From a virus (taxonomy: Duplodnaviria; Caudoviricetes), in IMG/VR virus record IMGVR_UViG_3300008110_007313: DNA of 64,000 bases, one strand, 5' to 3'. The position numbers and the translations under genes are program-made. The notes under the pieces were generated by a model that saw only the letters and a list, made by a program, of their open reading frames with translations, was not told where the DNA came from and made no database searches. Shown here in pieces: positions 1-9,182 of the stretch (position 1 is its first letter; each line of letters opens with the position of its first letter).

Positions 1-510
1 AGCACGATACAATTTAATTTCAACTAAAGAGTCTACTACAATATTGCCATGCGACCTTGTACAGTAATGTTCCATTTGATGTACACAATGATTTAGATCT
101 TGTAACTGTTGTATTATCTGTTTGATTACAGGCAGTCGCCCGTTTGGATCTTGATATTGTTGACTCAGCTGAGCCTGTAAAACATTATACTCTTGTTGAG
201 TGTGTGTAAAAAATCGATGCAGTTGATTCAAGCAATTTGCATCTACATGTGCAGGTGTGCAAGGAACAGGTCCAACAAAATCCACGCCCAACTCAGACAA
301 GCCATTTAGTATTTGTAAGCAATGCTGTCTTGGCAGATCGTAAACGTCTTCGTTGGAAACATTTATTTCTGGCACATACAAATGATCATGAATCATTGCT
401 TGTGTTTGATACTGATCAAATGCATTGATCCAGGCTTGTGCACCAGGATTGGCAACTACATCAACATCTACCAAAACACAGTGGCCAGGCAATACAAATT
501 CTAAACGCAT
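1..510 (-). CDS. hypothetical protein, partial (runs off the left edge; missing from the ORF track)
   Basis: Manual translation from ATG at 510 gives 170 open codons to position 1 (MRLEFVLPGHCVLVDVDVVANPGAQAWINAF...LNQLHRFF...LNHCVHQMEH...). Confidence 0.75.
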   Translation of the reverse strand, partial: MRLEFVLPGHCVLVDVDVVANPGAQAWINAFDQYQTQAMIHDHLYVPEINVSNEDVYDLPRQHCLQILNGLSELGVDFVGPVPCTPAHVDANCLNQLHRFFTHTQQEYNVLQAQLSQQYQDPNGRLPVIKQIIQQLQDLNHCVHQMEHYCTRSHGNIVVDSLVEIKLYRA

Positions 511-537
511 CAAGAATTTATCATAAAAGAGAGGAAG

Positions 538-625
538 TGCTCACTTTTGCTGTTTGGGTAGCGAATCCATTGAGCAGGGCAGCAGCCGCCCACACCACGG
601 TAACAAGTACCGGTCCTAAGGTGTG
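538..625 (-). ncRNA. candidate structured RNA element of unknown class
   Basis: Intergenic. Minus-strand pairings seen by eye: CACACC/GGUGUG enclosing CGGUA/UACCG, GGGCGG/CUGCCC, and UGCUCA/UGAGCA. Confidence 0.4.
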
Positions 626-3328
626 TTAGTTGCCGACACTGCTGGCATGCATTCTGCGTCGAATTGACCCTACATGAGTAATATGATCCATTAACTTTTT
701 GCGATACTGAACAGTGTTTTCTGTCAGTCCAATAGTTGCAAATTGTTGATCAACATATTTTTTGATTCGATCCACATCACTCTTGGTTTGCACAGATTCA
801 AGCATCTTTGACACTTGTTTTTTGGTAGCTTCCAGTTGTGGTTGTAGTTGTTTTTGTATGTCTGCAGGAAGGTCTTTTAAGGCCACTGCGCTCTTGCCAT
901 CTATCTTGGCTGCACCAGTTTTGGGATTGTAAGTTCCGCCGGAGCCTGCAGTTACAGTAGGAACTGTTGGTGCAGTTGGCGCATTGGGTGCTGCCGGAGC
1001 TTTGAATGTGGTTGTGGTCTTGCCGTACCCAGTAGGACCAGCACCAAAGTTGGCGGTCTTGGCAGGAGCTGCTGGTGCAGTCTTGGCATATTTTTGCATG
1101 CCAGGCATTTGCATGACATTAGATGCATTGAACGTAGCACCACCAGTTGACGGAGTAGTTGTTGTTGTAGTATTAACTGGAGGAGTTTGTTTTGTAGCGG
1201 CTGCTTTGGCCTGCAATTCATCCACAGTCCAGGGTTTCTTTGTGGCTGGATTTATACCATAGTAAGGCAATTGTGTTTGTGCACCACCTTTGTTTGTTTG
1301 GCCTTGCACTGGCGCAGGAGTAGGTGCAGGAGTAGGCGTAGGTGCAGGGATACCCATGCTGCCATAAACATCACCAATCACATTCTGCGGAACACCTTGT
1401 TTGGCCAAGAACGCAGCAATTGCATCGCTGTCACTGGGCTTGCCGGCCTGATGCCAATCCATCTTGAGTTTTTCTTTGGTAACTTTGGTAGTAAACTGAT
1501 GACCAAATTTGCTCAACGCACCGCCCACTTTGCCAGTGGCACGGTCCAGCCAATCAAGTCCCTTGCCGACAATGCCTTTTTTGCTCTTGTCATAACCTCC
1601 AGCGCCGCCGGGCATGTCAGGACGAAACTCATCAGGCAAGTCAGGACGACCTGGGCCTACCGCTTCTTTGACCACAGCTCGGGCATAACGGTTGACGTTT
1701 TCAAACACTGTGTAAACACCAAGTGTAGTAAGGTGTACACTTTGGCCTTGTGGCTTGCCTACACTTTCATTCAATGCCCAAGACATCACTGTTAGTTTGT
1801 CGTCAAGCAGTTTATCAGCAGGCAGAGTTTTAAAGTTAATGGATTCTCTAAATCCTGTACGCAATGCATTTCTCACAGAGGCCTGGTCCGCTTGCAGCTT
1901 GGCAGGATCTGCAACTTTACCTGTGCTGGCATCGACCCAAGAACCGTCAGGTTGTGGGATATAACGTTGAGTAGTTCCGCCAGTTGCATCTATTGGACTA
2001 GGCGCTTGTTTCATTGTCCAACCTGGGGGAATATTATCTGGATTAAAATTTGGTCCAAGATTTGTTGGGCCTGCGGGACTTGCACTAGAACCTGCAGGAC
2101 TCATACCTGCTGTTTGCCCAGCCGCTTTGTCTCCATACATACCGCCCTTGTAGTCAGACCACACACTGCCTTGGCTGGGAGTGCTAGCAGGTAAATTAAG
2201 TTCTGTGCCAGGCTTTAGTGCTTTGGCAAAATCAATATCTGGATTTGCTGCGCGAATTGCTTCAGGTGTTGTACCTTGCGCTTGGGCAATAAATCCCAGT
2301 TGGTCACCTTTTATCACAGTATAAGTGCCGCCAGGTCCACCAAGCCCAGGATTCAGTTTAACTAGTTCTTCTGGTGGCACACCAATTTGTTGTGCAATAT
2401 CATTGAGCGTCTCGCCTGGCTGTGCCTGCCATACATTGCCATTGCATGATCCCAACGGACATCTTACAGTGGCTCCTTGTGGCAACGGAGTATCTGTATT
2501 CACTATGGATTCCCCTGGGCTCAGACTATCTAATGCGCTAACTGCACCTAGGTTAGTGCCTGAAGAGCCCAGGGTACCTGCGGCTTGCTGAGCAGCAAAT
2601 TCAGCTTGTGTTAACGTTGTGGTAGGATTAGCAGTAACAAAGTTATCATAACTGTAGTCCATAACACCTGGACGAGTACCAGTGGTCGCTGCGGCCGCAG
2701 AATCTCCGCCAGACATCGCTCCAGAAATAGCTTGACCAGCCCAGGTAACAGCACTAGCACCAACACCTTTGCCAAGAACGCTGCTTAGTTTATCTCCACG
2801 GATGGCTGAATCAAGTGCATAGGTCAAGCCTGCAATGGCGGGCAAACCTGCACCGCCTGTGGCTAGACCAGCGATAGCAACCAGGGCTGCCTTGGCAAAA
2901 CCGGCTGCTTTGGGATATTCTTTCACCAGGTTACGATAACCTTTGATGGCCTGCATTACCTTGGTTTGTTGTCCGCCTGTGAGGTTGGCCACAGCATCAG
3001 TGGCCTGATCGTAGGCAACATCAACGGCCTGCACAGGAGCACTGTTCTGAATGCTGCTCATTACACTGTTGAACGCATCTTTGGCATTGGTAAATGCTTT
3101 TGTGGTTACATCTTTGCCTCGGCCCGCCCAGGTACGATTGGCACCTGTGTCTTTGTTGGTCAGACCTGTTTCAATTTTGCCGAACAAATCAAGAATCTCA
3201 GGTTCGGTCATCTTGCGTTCAGCAATGATACGACCTACCTTTTGCCACTGCTCAAACAACGGATCTTTGTAAACGTAAGATTCAACTAATCTTTCGCGTT
3301 CTGTTTTGTATATTTGTTCGAATATCAT
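626..3328 (-). CDS. large putative virion protein with two LysM domains and Pro/Ala/Thr-rich linkers
   Basis: LysM-like segments QPGETLNDIAQQIGVPPEELVKLNPGL and YTVIKGDQLGFIAQAQGTTPEAIRAANPDI...LKPGTELNLP; 900 aa. Confidence 0.7.
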   Translation of the reverse strand: MIFEQIYKTERERLVESYVYKDPLFEQWQKVGRIIAERKMTEPEILDLFGKIETGLTNKDTGANRTWAGRGKDVTTKAFTNAKDAFNSVMSSIQNSAPVQAVDVAYDQATDAVANLTGGQQTKVMQAIKGYRNLVKEYPKAAGFAKAALVAIAGLATGGAGLPAIAGLTYALDSAIRGDKLSSVLGKGVGASAVTWAGQAISGAMSGGDSAAAATTGTRPGVMDYSYDNFVTANPTTTLTQAEFAAQQAAGTLGSSGTNLGAVSALDSLSPGESIVNTDTPLPQGATVRCPLGSCNGNVWQAQPGETLNDIAQQIGVPPEELVKLNPGLGGPGGTYTVIKGDQLGFIAQAQGTTPEAIRAANPDIDFAKALKPGTELNLPASTPSQGSVWSDYKGGMYGDKAAGQTAGMSPAGSSASPAGPTNLGPNFNPDNIPPGWTMKQAPSPIDATGGTTQRYIPQPDGSWVDASTGKVADPAKLQADQASVRNALRTGFRESINFKTLPADKLLDDKLTVMSWALNESVGKPQGQSVHLTTLGVYTVFENVNRYARAVVKEAVGPGRPDLPDEFRPDMPGGAGGYDKSKKGIVGKGLDWLDRATGKVGGALSKFGHQFTTKVTKEKLKMDWHQAGKPSDSDAIAAFLAKQGVPQNVIGDVYGSMGIPAPTPTPAPTPAPVQGQTNKGGAQTQLPYYGINPATKKPWTVDELQAKAAATKQTPPVNTTTTTTPSTGGATFNASNVMQMPGMQKYAKTAPAAPAKTANFGAGPTGYGKTTTTFKAPAAPNAPTAPTVPTVTAGSGGTYNPKTGAAKIDGKSAVALKDLPADIQKQLQPQLEATKKQVSKMLESVQTKSDVDRIKKYVDQQFATIGLTENTVQYRKKLMDHITHVGSIRRRMHASSVGN

Positions 3329-3329
3329 A

Positions 3330-4067
3330 TTATTTCTCTTCTATGTAATCTTGTCCACGATCTCGTTGGGCTCTACGACGCTGAAACAATTTCAATGCTG
3401 TGTTAGCTTGATTGATGTCAGAAAACCTTGTAGGCAGGCTACGTCCACTGTGACGTATTTCAAATCCAGAATTGTCGTCGCCGTGTATTTCAAATACCAC
3501 ACTGTCTTCTATGGCCACTGTTTGCACAGGCATTGACTCTGGCAGTGTGGGGTTTTGTACAGGAGCAGGCGGTGGTTCCACAGACAACTCCTGCTGTGTG
3601 GGATCTTCGTACATGTCCTCTTCAGCTTCGCCACGTTCCACGGCTGATCTTGCTTTGTCTACTAGATCACGATCTACTGACTGTTTCTTTTCCAACTTGT
3701 CAAGATTTGGAGTTTCACGATCTCTAAGATCATCGTCGTGACGAATTTTCTTTTCTAACTTGTCAAGATAGCTGATGAAATCACCTTTGATTTTGCCCAG
3801 CATGTCTTCTTCAACTTCTTGCATGGCTTCTTCCAACGGCGACTTTGTGGGCTCTACTGAGTCGCCTACTAGCTTGCCATCCATGGGGTGTTTTTGATAA
3901 GGCTTTTTGGTTAGTGTTGGACTAATGTTCTTGGGTTTGAACAGCGCAGGCAATTGGTCCACAGACTTTTGCTGTTTGTTCAATCCGTGCTTGACCGTGA
4001 CAGGAGTAAGTTTACTTTCTACTGTGGCCAAACGATCAAGTATTGATCTAATATCTGTGGAACTCAT
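3330..4067 (-). CDS. hypothetical protein (acidic/basic, possible head-associated protein)
   Basis: 245-aa ORF tightly packed between its neighbours. Confidence 0.6.
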   Translation of the reverse strand: MSSTDIRSILDRLATVESKLTPVTVKHGLNKQQKSVDQLPALFKPKNISPTLTKKPYQKHPMDGKLVGDSVEPTKSPLEEAMQEVEEDMLGKIKGDFISYLDKLEKKIRHDDDLRDRETPNLDKLEKKQSVDRDLVDKARSAVERGEAEEDMYEDPTQQELSVEPPPAPVQNPTLPESMPVQTVAIEDSVVFEIHGDDNSGFEIRHSGRSLPTRFSDINQANTALKLFQRRRAQRDRGQDYIEEK

Positions 4068-4507
4068 GCTCTGGCGTCTTTCAAGAAACTTCTCAACATC
4101 CAGCCATGCTTGCCGTGTGCATCAATGCGCTCAGCAATAAAGTTAGCAATGCCTTCTTGTTTTTCGTTTTGTGCGATTTCAAAGGTCTTGTTGAGTAAGT
4201 CTATCATTTGGCCATTGTTGGCCAGCAATTCTTCAATCATGAGTCGGGCACGTGGAATTTTAGTTTGGCCTGAAATAATTGACAGTTCTTGAAAACGTTC
4301 AAAACTGCCAGGTGTGTAATCTTCTAGTGTGCGTATGTATTCTGCTGTGCGGTCAATTGAGTTATTGTAGACTTCTTCGTAGATGCCCCCAAAAAATTCG
4401 TGCAGTTGAGCAAAGTCAGGACCCTCCACGTTCCAGTGAAATAGCTGGGCTTTGATTACGAATGCGTATTCAGTTGCCAGGAGAGTTTTTAAAGCGTCCG
4501 CTAACAT
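4064..4507 (-). CDS. dps: Dps / ferritin-like DNA protection protein
   Basis: AQLFHWNVEGPDFAQLHEFF...YEE...IDRTAEYIRTL ferroxidase signature and C-terminal HGKHGWMLRS. Start moved from 4567 to ATG 4507 (MLADALK). Confidence 0.9.
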   Translation of the reverse strand: MLADALKTLLATEYAFVIKAQLFHWNVEGPDFAQLHEFFGGIYEEVYNNSIDRTAEYIRTLEDYTPGSFERFQELSIISGQTKIPRARLMIEELLANNGQMIDLLNKTFEIAQNEKQEGIANFIAERIDAHGKHGWMLRSFLKDARA

Positions 4508-4682
4508 TCTTGTTCCTTTTGTATTCTTTCGGAGTATTGGGAGTAGGATCCGTGCTATATTTACCACTCAACAAGCTGCCGCCATTTCTTGAAACCGTGC
4601 CCATGGGCTGAGTCACAGTGGCCATACTGCCTGCGGCAGTGCTGCCTGCTGACGCTGTTTCCATGATTTCTTTAAATCTCAT
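4470..4682 (-). CDS. small hypothetical protein with capsid-targeting-like leader
   Basis: Begins MRFKEIMETA, matching the leader family seen elsewhere in the window. Confidence 0.6.
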   Translation of the reverse strand: MRFKEIMETASAGSTAAGSMATVTQPMGTVSRNGGSLLSGKYSTDPTPNTPKEYKRNKNVSGRFKNSPGN

Positions 4683-4962
4683 CGCGAATCCTTACCACGT
4701 TGTGTGCTATAAACTCTGCTGGTCCAGATATTACTCGTGGATTCTGAGCTGTCAAATGTGCATTAGTGTCAATCATTTCGTATTTGATCACATAGTCGCC
4801 AGGTACTGCATTAACGGGAATCACTTCTTCTAGATACGACTGCACAAAATTAAAAGTGCGTTCAGTAAACAGTTCTCCTTGCACATACAATCGATAACGC
4901 GGAGGCGGCCCTGCCCAATCGCAAAACACATCATACTGTACCTGAACACTTTGTGGCTTCAT
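4672..4962 (-). CDS. hypothetical protein
   Basis: 96-aa ORF with a TAAATA motif 4 nt upstream. Confidence 0.65.
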   Translation of the reverse strand: MKPQSVQVQYDVFCDWAGPPPRYRLYVQGELFTERTFNFVQSYLEEVIPVNAVPGDYVIKYEMIDTNAHLTAQNPRVISGPAEFIAHNVVRIRDEI

Positions 4963-4966
4963 ATGG

Positions 4967-4972
4967 TATTTA
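4967..4972 (-). promoter_or_regulatory. T4-like late promoter core TAAATA
   Basis: Minus strand reads GCTAAATACCATATG; the ATG is the start of 4672..4962. Confidence 0.6.
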
Positions 4973-5620
4973 GCGGGATATTTGCATCAACCGCTGCTGA
5001 TAATACCGAAACTCTGTGCTGTTGAAATAGTCACAAAAATCTTGAGCACTACGTTTTCTGCACTGCGAATATGCCGCATGCGCTTTGGCAGCATAATCAT
5101 ACAAATTACTAAAGCCAAATGTTGCTGTCAGTTGCTGGTAAAAATTGCGGTCCAACACTGAATCAAACACAGTATCGCCATTGACAAAATTAAACAACGG
5201 TGTCTGACGCTGTTTGATATCTTGCATTGCATTATCACGAAGTAAAAATTTTGTTTTGATCTGATCAGGAGTGGTAGAATTCATGCCCAAGTTTATGTGA
5301 AAATAATGTGTAATAGGCAGCTGGTAATCAGCAAAAGTAATAAACAAAGTGGGATGATTTGTTAAGGACTGCCAGTCTTGGTAGTTGTGCGAAAGATTGA
5401 TGCCACCGTCCAGCATGTGACGATGACGCCATTCGTACTGCAACCAAGTGTTCCAGGTACGCTCTTTAGGGTACACTTGTTGTTGAATAAACAGTAGTTT
5501 ATCTTCGGGAGTTAGATAATTGTTAAACGGGTCTGTGTATTTTGGGTCTAAGAACAGTAACCAACGCAGATGATTGCCGCCAGCGCCTTCGGGAAAAATA
5601 ATATTACCGTGAAATGTCAT
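4970..5620 (-). CDS. hypothetical protein with sulfotransferase/P-loop-like N-terminus
   Basis: Likely start is ATG 5620 (MTFHGNIIFPEGAGGNHLRWLL). The longer ORF-track start overlaps the divergent gene. Confidence 0.55.
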   Translation of the reverse strand: MTFHGNIIFPEGAGGNHLRWLLFLDPKYTDPFNNYLTPEDKLLFIQQQVYPKERTWNTWLQYEWRHRHMLDGGINLSHNYQDWQSLTNHPTLFITFADYQLPITHYFHINLGMNSTTPDQIKTKFLLRDNAMQDIKQRQTPLFNFVNGDTVFDSVLDRNFYQQLTATFGFSNLYDYAAKAHAAYSQCRKRSAQDFCDYFNSTEFRYYQQRLMQISR

Positions 5621-5705
5621 ACGTTTACTTAATCTATAATTACACCCACTATTTCTTTGCTCTAAAGCAATAAATATTAGGATAATAATTATAAGGTGAG
5701 CAAAA

Positions 5706-6833
5706 ATGAAAAGAAAAATAGCCATGGGCCTAGCCAGCCTTGTGGTTGCAGCCGCTGCTACGGCACAGACCACTAATACCAGTACTGCCAGCACCACAGG
5801 CGGTACAACCACCAACAATACTACTTTGATCAATCAAGGTACCTACGACTCAAAAACATTGGTTGACACCAACAGCACGTCAAACAGCACCAGTACTGTG
5901 ACGTCAAACAGCAATACCAACAGCACGTCAACTAGTACCAGTGCTAGCACAGTTAATAGCACCAGTGCTAATACTAATACTAACACCAGTACCAGTGTGA
6001 ATACCAACAACAACGTTCAAAGTGGAACTGTTACTAACAACAATGTCAACACTGGAACAATGACGTATAATAACAACAACGTTAACTCAGGTACAATGAC
6101 CTACAACAACAACAATGTGAATACCAGTACCAGCAACAATACTAATACTAACCACAACATTAACTCAGGTACAATGACCTACAACAACAACAATGTCAGT
6201 ACCAGTACCGCTACAAACAACAACAACAATGTGAGTACCAGCACAGCCACTAACAACAACATCAACACTGGCGACATGACCAACCGTAATATTAACACCA
6301 GTACAAGTACCAGCAATAATGTAAACAACAACGTGAATACCAGTACTGCTGTGAACCAAAATGTGCAGACTGGCGACATGACCAACCGTAATATCAACAC
6401 TACCGAAATCACGCAACGTGTGATTCAGCCACCACCTACTGCTGTGGCACCTGCTATGCTGAGTGGCGGCAATGCTGACTTATGTTCAACTGGTAGCTCG
6501 GGTAGTGTGCAAACTCAAGTATTTGGTGTTAGTGGCGGTGGTACCGTACGTGACCTGAACTGCGAACGCTTGAAGTTATCTAAAACGTTATATGACATGG
6601 GCATGAAGGTAGCCGCTGTGGCAACTATGTGTCAGGATCGCAGAGTGTTTGATGCCATGATGGCTGCTGGCACACCTTGCCCATACGAAGGCAAAATTGG
6701 CGAGCAAGCTCGCGCTGAGTGGACTGCTAACCCAGACAAAATTCCCGCACCAGACAAGGTAAAACTAGATGAGAATTATAAGAAAATTGGCCTTGGCGCT
6801 TTACTTGGCGTTGTTGTCCATAAGTTATTCTAA
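5706..6833 (+). CDS. exported Asn/Thr-rich repeat protein with Cys-containing C-terminal domain and hydrophobic tail
   Basis: Signal peptide MKRKIAMGLASLVVAAAATA; N/T/S repeats; LCSTG...NCERLKLSK...TMCQD...TPCP domain; upstream TAAATA at 5671-5676. Confidence 0.75.
   Translation: MKRKIAMGLASLVVAAAATAQTTNTSTASTTGGTTTNNTTLINQGTYDSKTLVDTNSTSNSTSTVTSNSNTNSTSTSTSASTVNSTSANTNTNTSTSVNTNNNVQSGTVTNNNVNTGTMTYNNNNVNSGTMTYNNNNVNTSTSNNTNTNHNINSGTMTYNNNNVSTSTATNNNNNVSTSTATNNNINTGDMTNRNINTSTSTSNNVNNNVNTSTAVNQNVQTGDMTNRNINTTEITQRVIQPPPTAVAPAMLSGGNADLCSTGSSGSVQTQVFGVSGGGTVRDLNCERLKLSKTLYDMGMKVAAVATMCQDRRVFDAMMAAGTPCPYEGKIGEQARAEWTANPDKIPAPDKVKLDENYKKIGLGALLGVVVHKLF
6082..6196 (+). repeat. 37-bp exact direct repeat inside the Asn/Thr-rich gene
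   Basis: ttaactcaggtacaatgacctacaacaacaacaatgt at 6082-6118 and 6160-6196. A separate 26-bp repeat, actggcgacatgaccaaccgtaatat, lies at 6267-6292 and 6369-6394. Confidence 0.9.
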
Positions 6834-8442
6834 TAGTCAACAAATTGACGTTACTGGTAACCTGACTAACTTTACTAATCAGGCCAATGGTACAACCTCA
6901 ACTTGGCAAAACGCAGGTACTATCGGAGATCCACTGACCTGCTGGGCACAGGGTGATCCAGGCTATTGCGGTCCACTGCCTAGAGTCGCTGCCTGGGGCA
7001 CAGGTTCAAACATCATCAACTTCTCCTATGGCTTGACAGATTTGTATCAAGTAGTCAACATCAAAAACGCATTGCCTAATTCAGGTACAGGCTTACAAGT
7101 TAACGGGTTTAACTTTAGCTTTAGTGCCAAGAATGGCAATGGATGGGACAATGGCCAACCAGACCAGTTATCAGCATACGTTAACATCTACGATAACAAA
7201 AACTCAGCAGTGTTAGAATCATACAATTATAATCTAAATGGCAAATACAACTGGACACAATTCTACTATTCCGAAACATTCAAATCACCATATGGTGTTC
7301 CTAGTCTAGGCAATGCTCAGTATGGATTTGTGGGTCAAGATAACAACTACTGGGTTGGCCCATATGGTCCAGAAATAACTGCGGTAAGTTTTAGTTTAAA
7401 ATACAGTGTTGACCCATGTGCAACAAACCCGTTGTATTCACCTACTTGCAAAGGTTACATGGATGCATTGGCAAAATTAAGCCCCACTGCTTCGACCTCT
7501 ACTGATACATTTTCTCCACCACCTCCTCCGGAAGATGGTGTACCTCCACCAGGCAGTCCTCCACCACCTGGTAACTCACAGCAGTCTGGGCCTCCACCAC
7601 CTCCTGGTAGTCCGCCTCCTCCTGTGGGATCTCAACCACGTGCAAATGATACTAAAACCGCCAGTGAAAATCAAACAGGGCCTAGCTTAGGTTCAGTGTT
7701 AAACATGATTGGTGCTAATCAAGCTAGAATTAGCAATGAAGCCAAGTCTGTTGTGCAGTCTGCAGAATCCGCTGCCGCACAGGCAGCAACATCAACTCAG
7801 CAACAAGCAGAATCAGTAGCAGGATCATTAACTGCTCAAAGTATTTCTGACAGCATGACACAGTCTTCCGTAGGTACATCAACCGTGGCTGCATCTAGTG
7901 CTCAATCACAAACAACAGTGGCGAATGTATCTAATATGTCACAGACTAACGCGGTCAACATTGGCGGATTACGAGCTCCTGCTGCCAGTACATTTGCTGA
8001 CACTGTGTCTGCGCTGCCACAAGGTATGACACAAGTACAAATTGATATGTACAGTTTGCAGTCTCCACAAGGACGCAACAACACGCAGTTTGAACCAGAA
8101 GCGCCACAGCTTGAAGGCATCAAAATTGGTGAGCGTTCTGTATTGAATGATGCTATAGAACAACGTCCTGTGTTGCAGAACACTGCACAAGAACAACGCA
8201 CTGAAACAGTAAACCGTAATGTACAAAACAATGAACTTGCAGGCGGCGTTGACATTGCTGCTATAAACCAACAACCAGTGGGATTTCAAAACTACTCGTT
8301 TGTACTGACAGATGCACAATTTTACGCACCGCGTGAGATTTACCGCAATCAACGCACAGTGGACAATGCCAGAGCACTGCGTCAATTAACCAACGACGGT
8401 AGACATCGTGAAATGGTTGAGCAACAATACAAGAGGAATTGA
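6769..8442 (+). CDS. exported protein with Pro-rich linker and Gln/Ser/Ala-rich region
   Basis: Signal peptide, aromatic/Asn-rich N-domain, DPCATNPLYSPTC motif, several PPPP runs. Confidence 0.7.
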   Translation: MRIIRKLALALYLALLSISYSNSQQIDVTGNLTNFTNQANGTTSTWQNAGTIGDPLTCWAQGDPGYCGPLPRVAAWGTGSNIINFSYGLTDLYQVVNIKNALPNSGTGLQVNGFNFSFSAKNGNGWDNGQPDQLSAYVNIYDNKNSAVLESYNYNLNGKYNWTQFYYSETFKSPYGVPSLGNAQYGFVGQDNNYWVGPYGPEITAVSFSLKYSVDPCATNPLYSPTCKGYMDALAKLSPTASTSTDTFSPPPPPEDGVPPPGSPPPPGNSQQSGPPPPPGSPPPPVGSQPRANDTKTASENQTGPSLGSVLNMIGANQARISNEAKSVVQSAESAAAQAATSTQQQAESVAGSLTAQSISDSMTQSSVGTSTVAASSAQSQTTVANVSNMSQTNAVNIGGLRAPAASTFADTVSALPQGMTQVQIDMYSLQSPQGRNNTQFEPEAPQLEGIKIGERSVLNDAIEQRPVLQNTAQEQRTETVNRNVQNNELAGGVDIAAINQQPVGFQNYSFVLTDAQFYAPREIYRNQRTVDNARALRQLTNDGRHREMVEQQYKRN

Positions 8443-8680
8443 GGTGATTGATCCTTTGTACTGCATTAAAATTATTGTTGTATTGACATTACTTTCTTTT
8501 TTTACAGTGAGTGCTGTGCCAAAACAAGACAATACATTGAAAAAAGATGAAGTATGGCAATGTGTTAGATGGGCGTGGACTGATCAAGAATCACGTAGAA
8601 AAGTAATATGTCTGGATTGGCGCAAAGAAGACTGTGCCAACCGATTGCACAAAGAGATATGCAAAGGAAGTAAACAATGA
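8408..8680 (+). CDS. small membrane/exported Cys-containing protein (start uncertain)
   Basis: Hydrophobic segment followed by WQCVRW...ICLDW...C...C; abuts the next ORF. Confidence 0.5.
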   Translation: MKWLSNNTRGIEVIDPLYCIKIIVVLTLLSFFTVSAVPKQDNTLKKDEVWQCVRWAWTDQESRRKVICLDWRKEDCANRLHKEICKGSKQ

Positions 8681-9171
8681 TTGATCCCATAACAGCTCTA
8701 GCAGGAATACAAAGTGCGGTGGCATTGATAAAAAAAGTATCAAAAACAGTAGACGATGTATCATCTCTGGGTCCTGTGCTGGGCAAATATTTTGATGCCA
8801 AAAGTACAGCAAGCAAGGCCATCGTGCAGGCCAAAAACAGTGGCAAAAAATCTGCCATGGCCACTGCAATCGAAATTGAGTTGGCCATACACCAGGCAGA
8901 ACAGTTTGAAAAACAACTACAGTTATTGTTTATGCAAACTGGAAAAATAGATGTGTGGAACAAGATAAAATCCAGAGCAGCAGCCATGGACATCGAGGCT
9001 GCACACGATGCTCGTCGCGAAAAAGAATCCATTGCAAAGCGAAAAAAACAATTTGCTGAAGCAGTAGAATATACGTTGGCTGGTACTTTTTTATTGGTTG
9101 CGTTTATAGGAATGATATGGGTAACAGCCGAATTGATACAGTATTGCAGTCAAGTACAATGCGGAAAATAA
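8677..9171 (+). CDS. hypothetical membrane protein
   Basis: MIDPITALAGIQSAV N-terminus, coiled-coil-like middle, C-terminal hydrophobic helix. Confidence 0.7.
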   Translation: MIDPITALAGIQSAVALIKKVSKTVDDVSSLGPVLGKYFDAKSTASKAIVQAKNSGKKSAMATAIEIELAIHQAEQFEKQLQLLFMQTGKIDVWNKIKSRAAAMDIEAAHDARREKESIAKRKKQFAEAVEYTLAGTFLLVAFIGMIWVTAELIQYCSQVQCGK

Positions 9172-9182
9172 AAGGAGAAAAA

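Noticed and set aside
608-622. Plus-strand CCGGUCCUAAG resembles the twister ribozyme L4 region
   Set aside because: The flanking P4, P2 and P1 pairings of a twister could not be built by eye, so it is kept only as an unassigned structured element.
237-629. Three short plus-strand ORFs in the track
   Set aside because: They are shadows of a minus-strand ORF (510 to the edge) and of the structured element; they have no start signals or recognisable motifs.
984-3289. Plus-strand ORFs of 70-200 aa antisense to the LysM gene
   Set aside because: Antisense shadows of a low-complexity coding region with no independent evidence.
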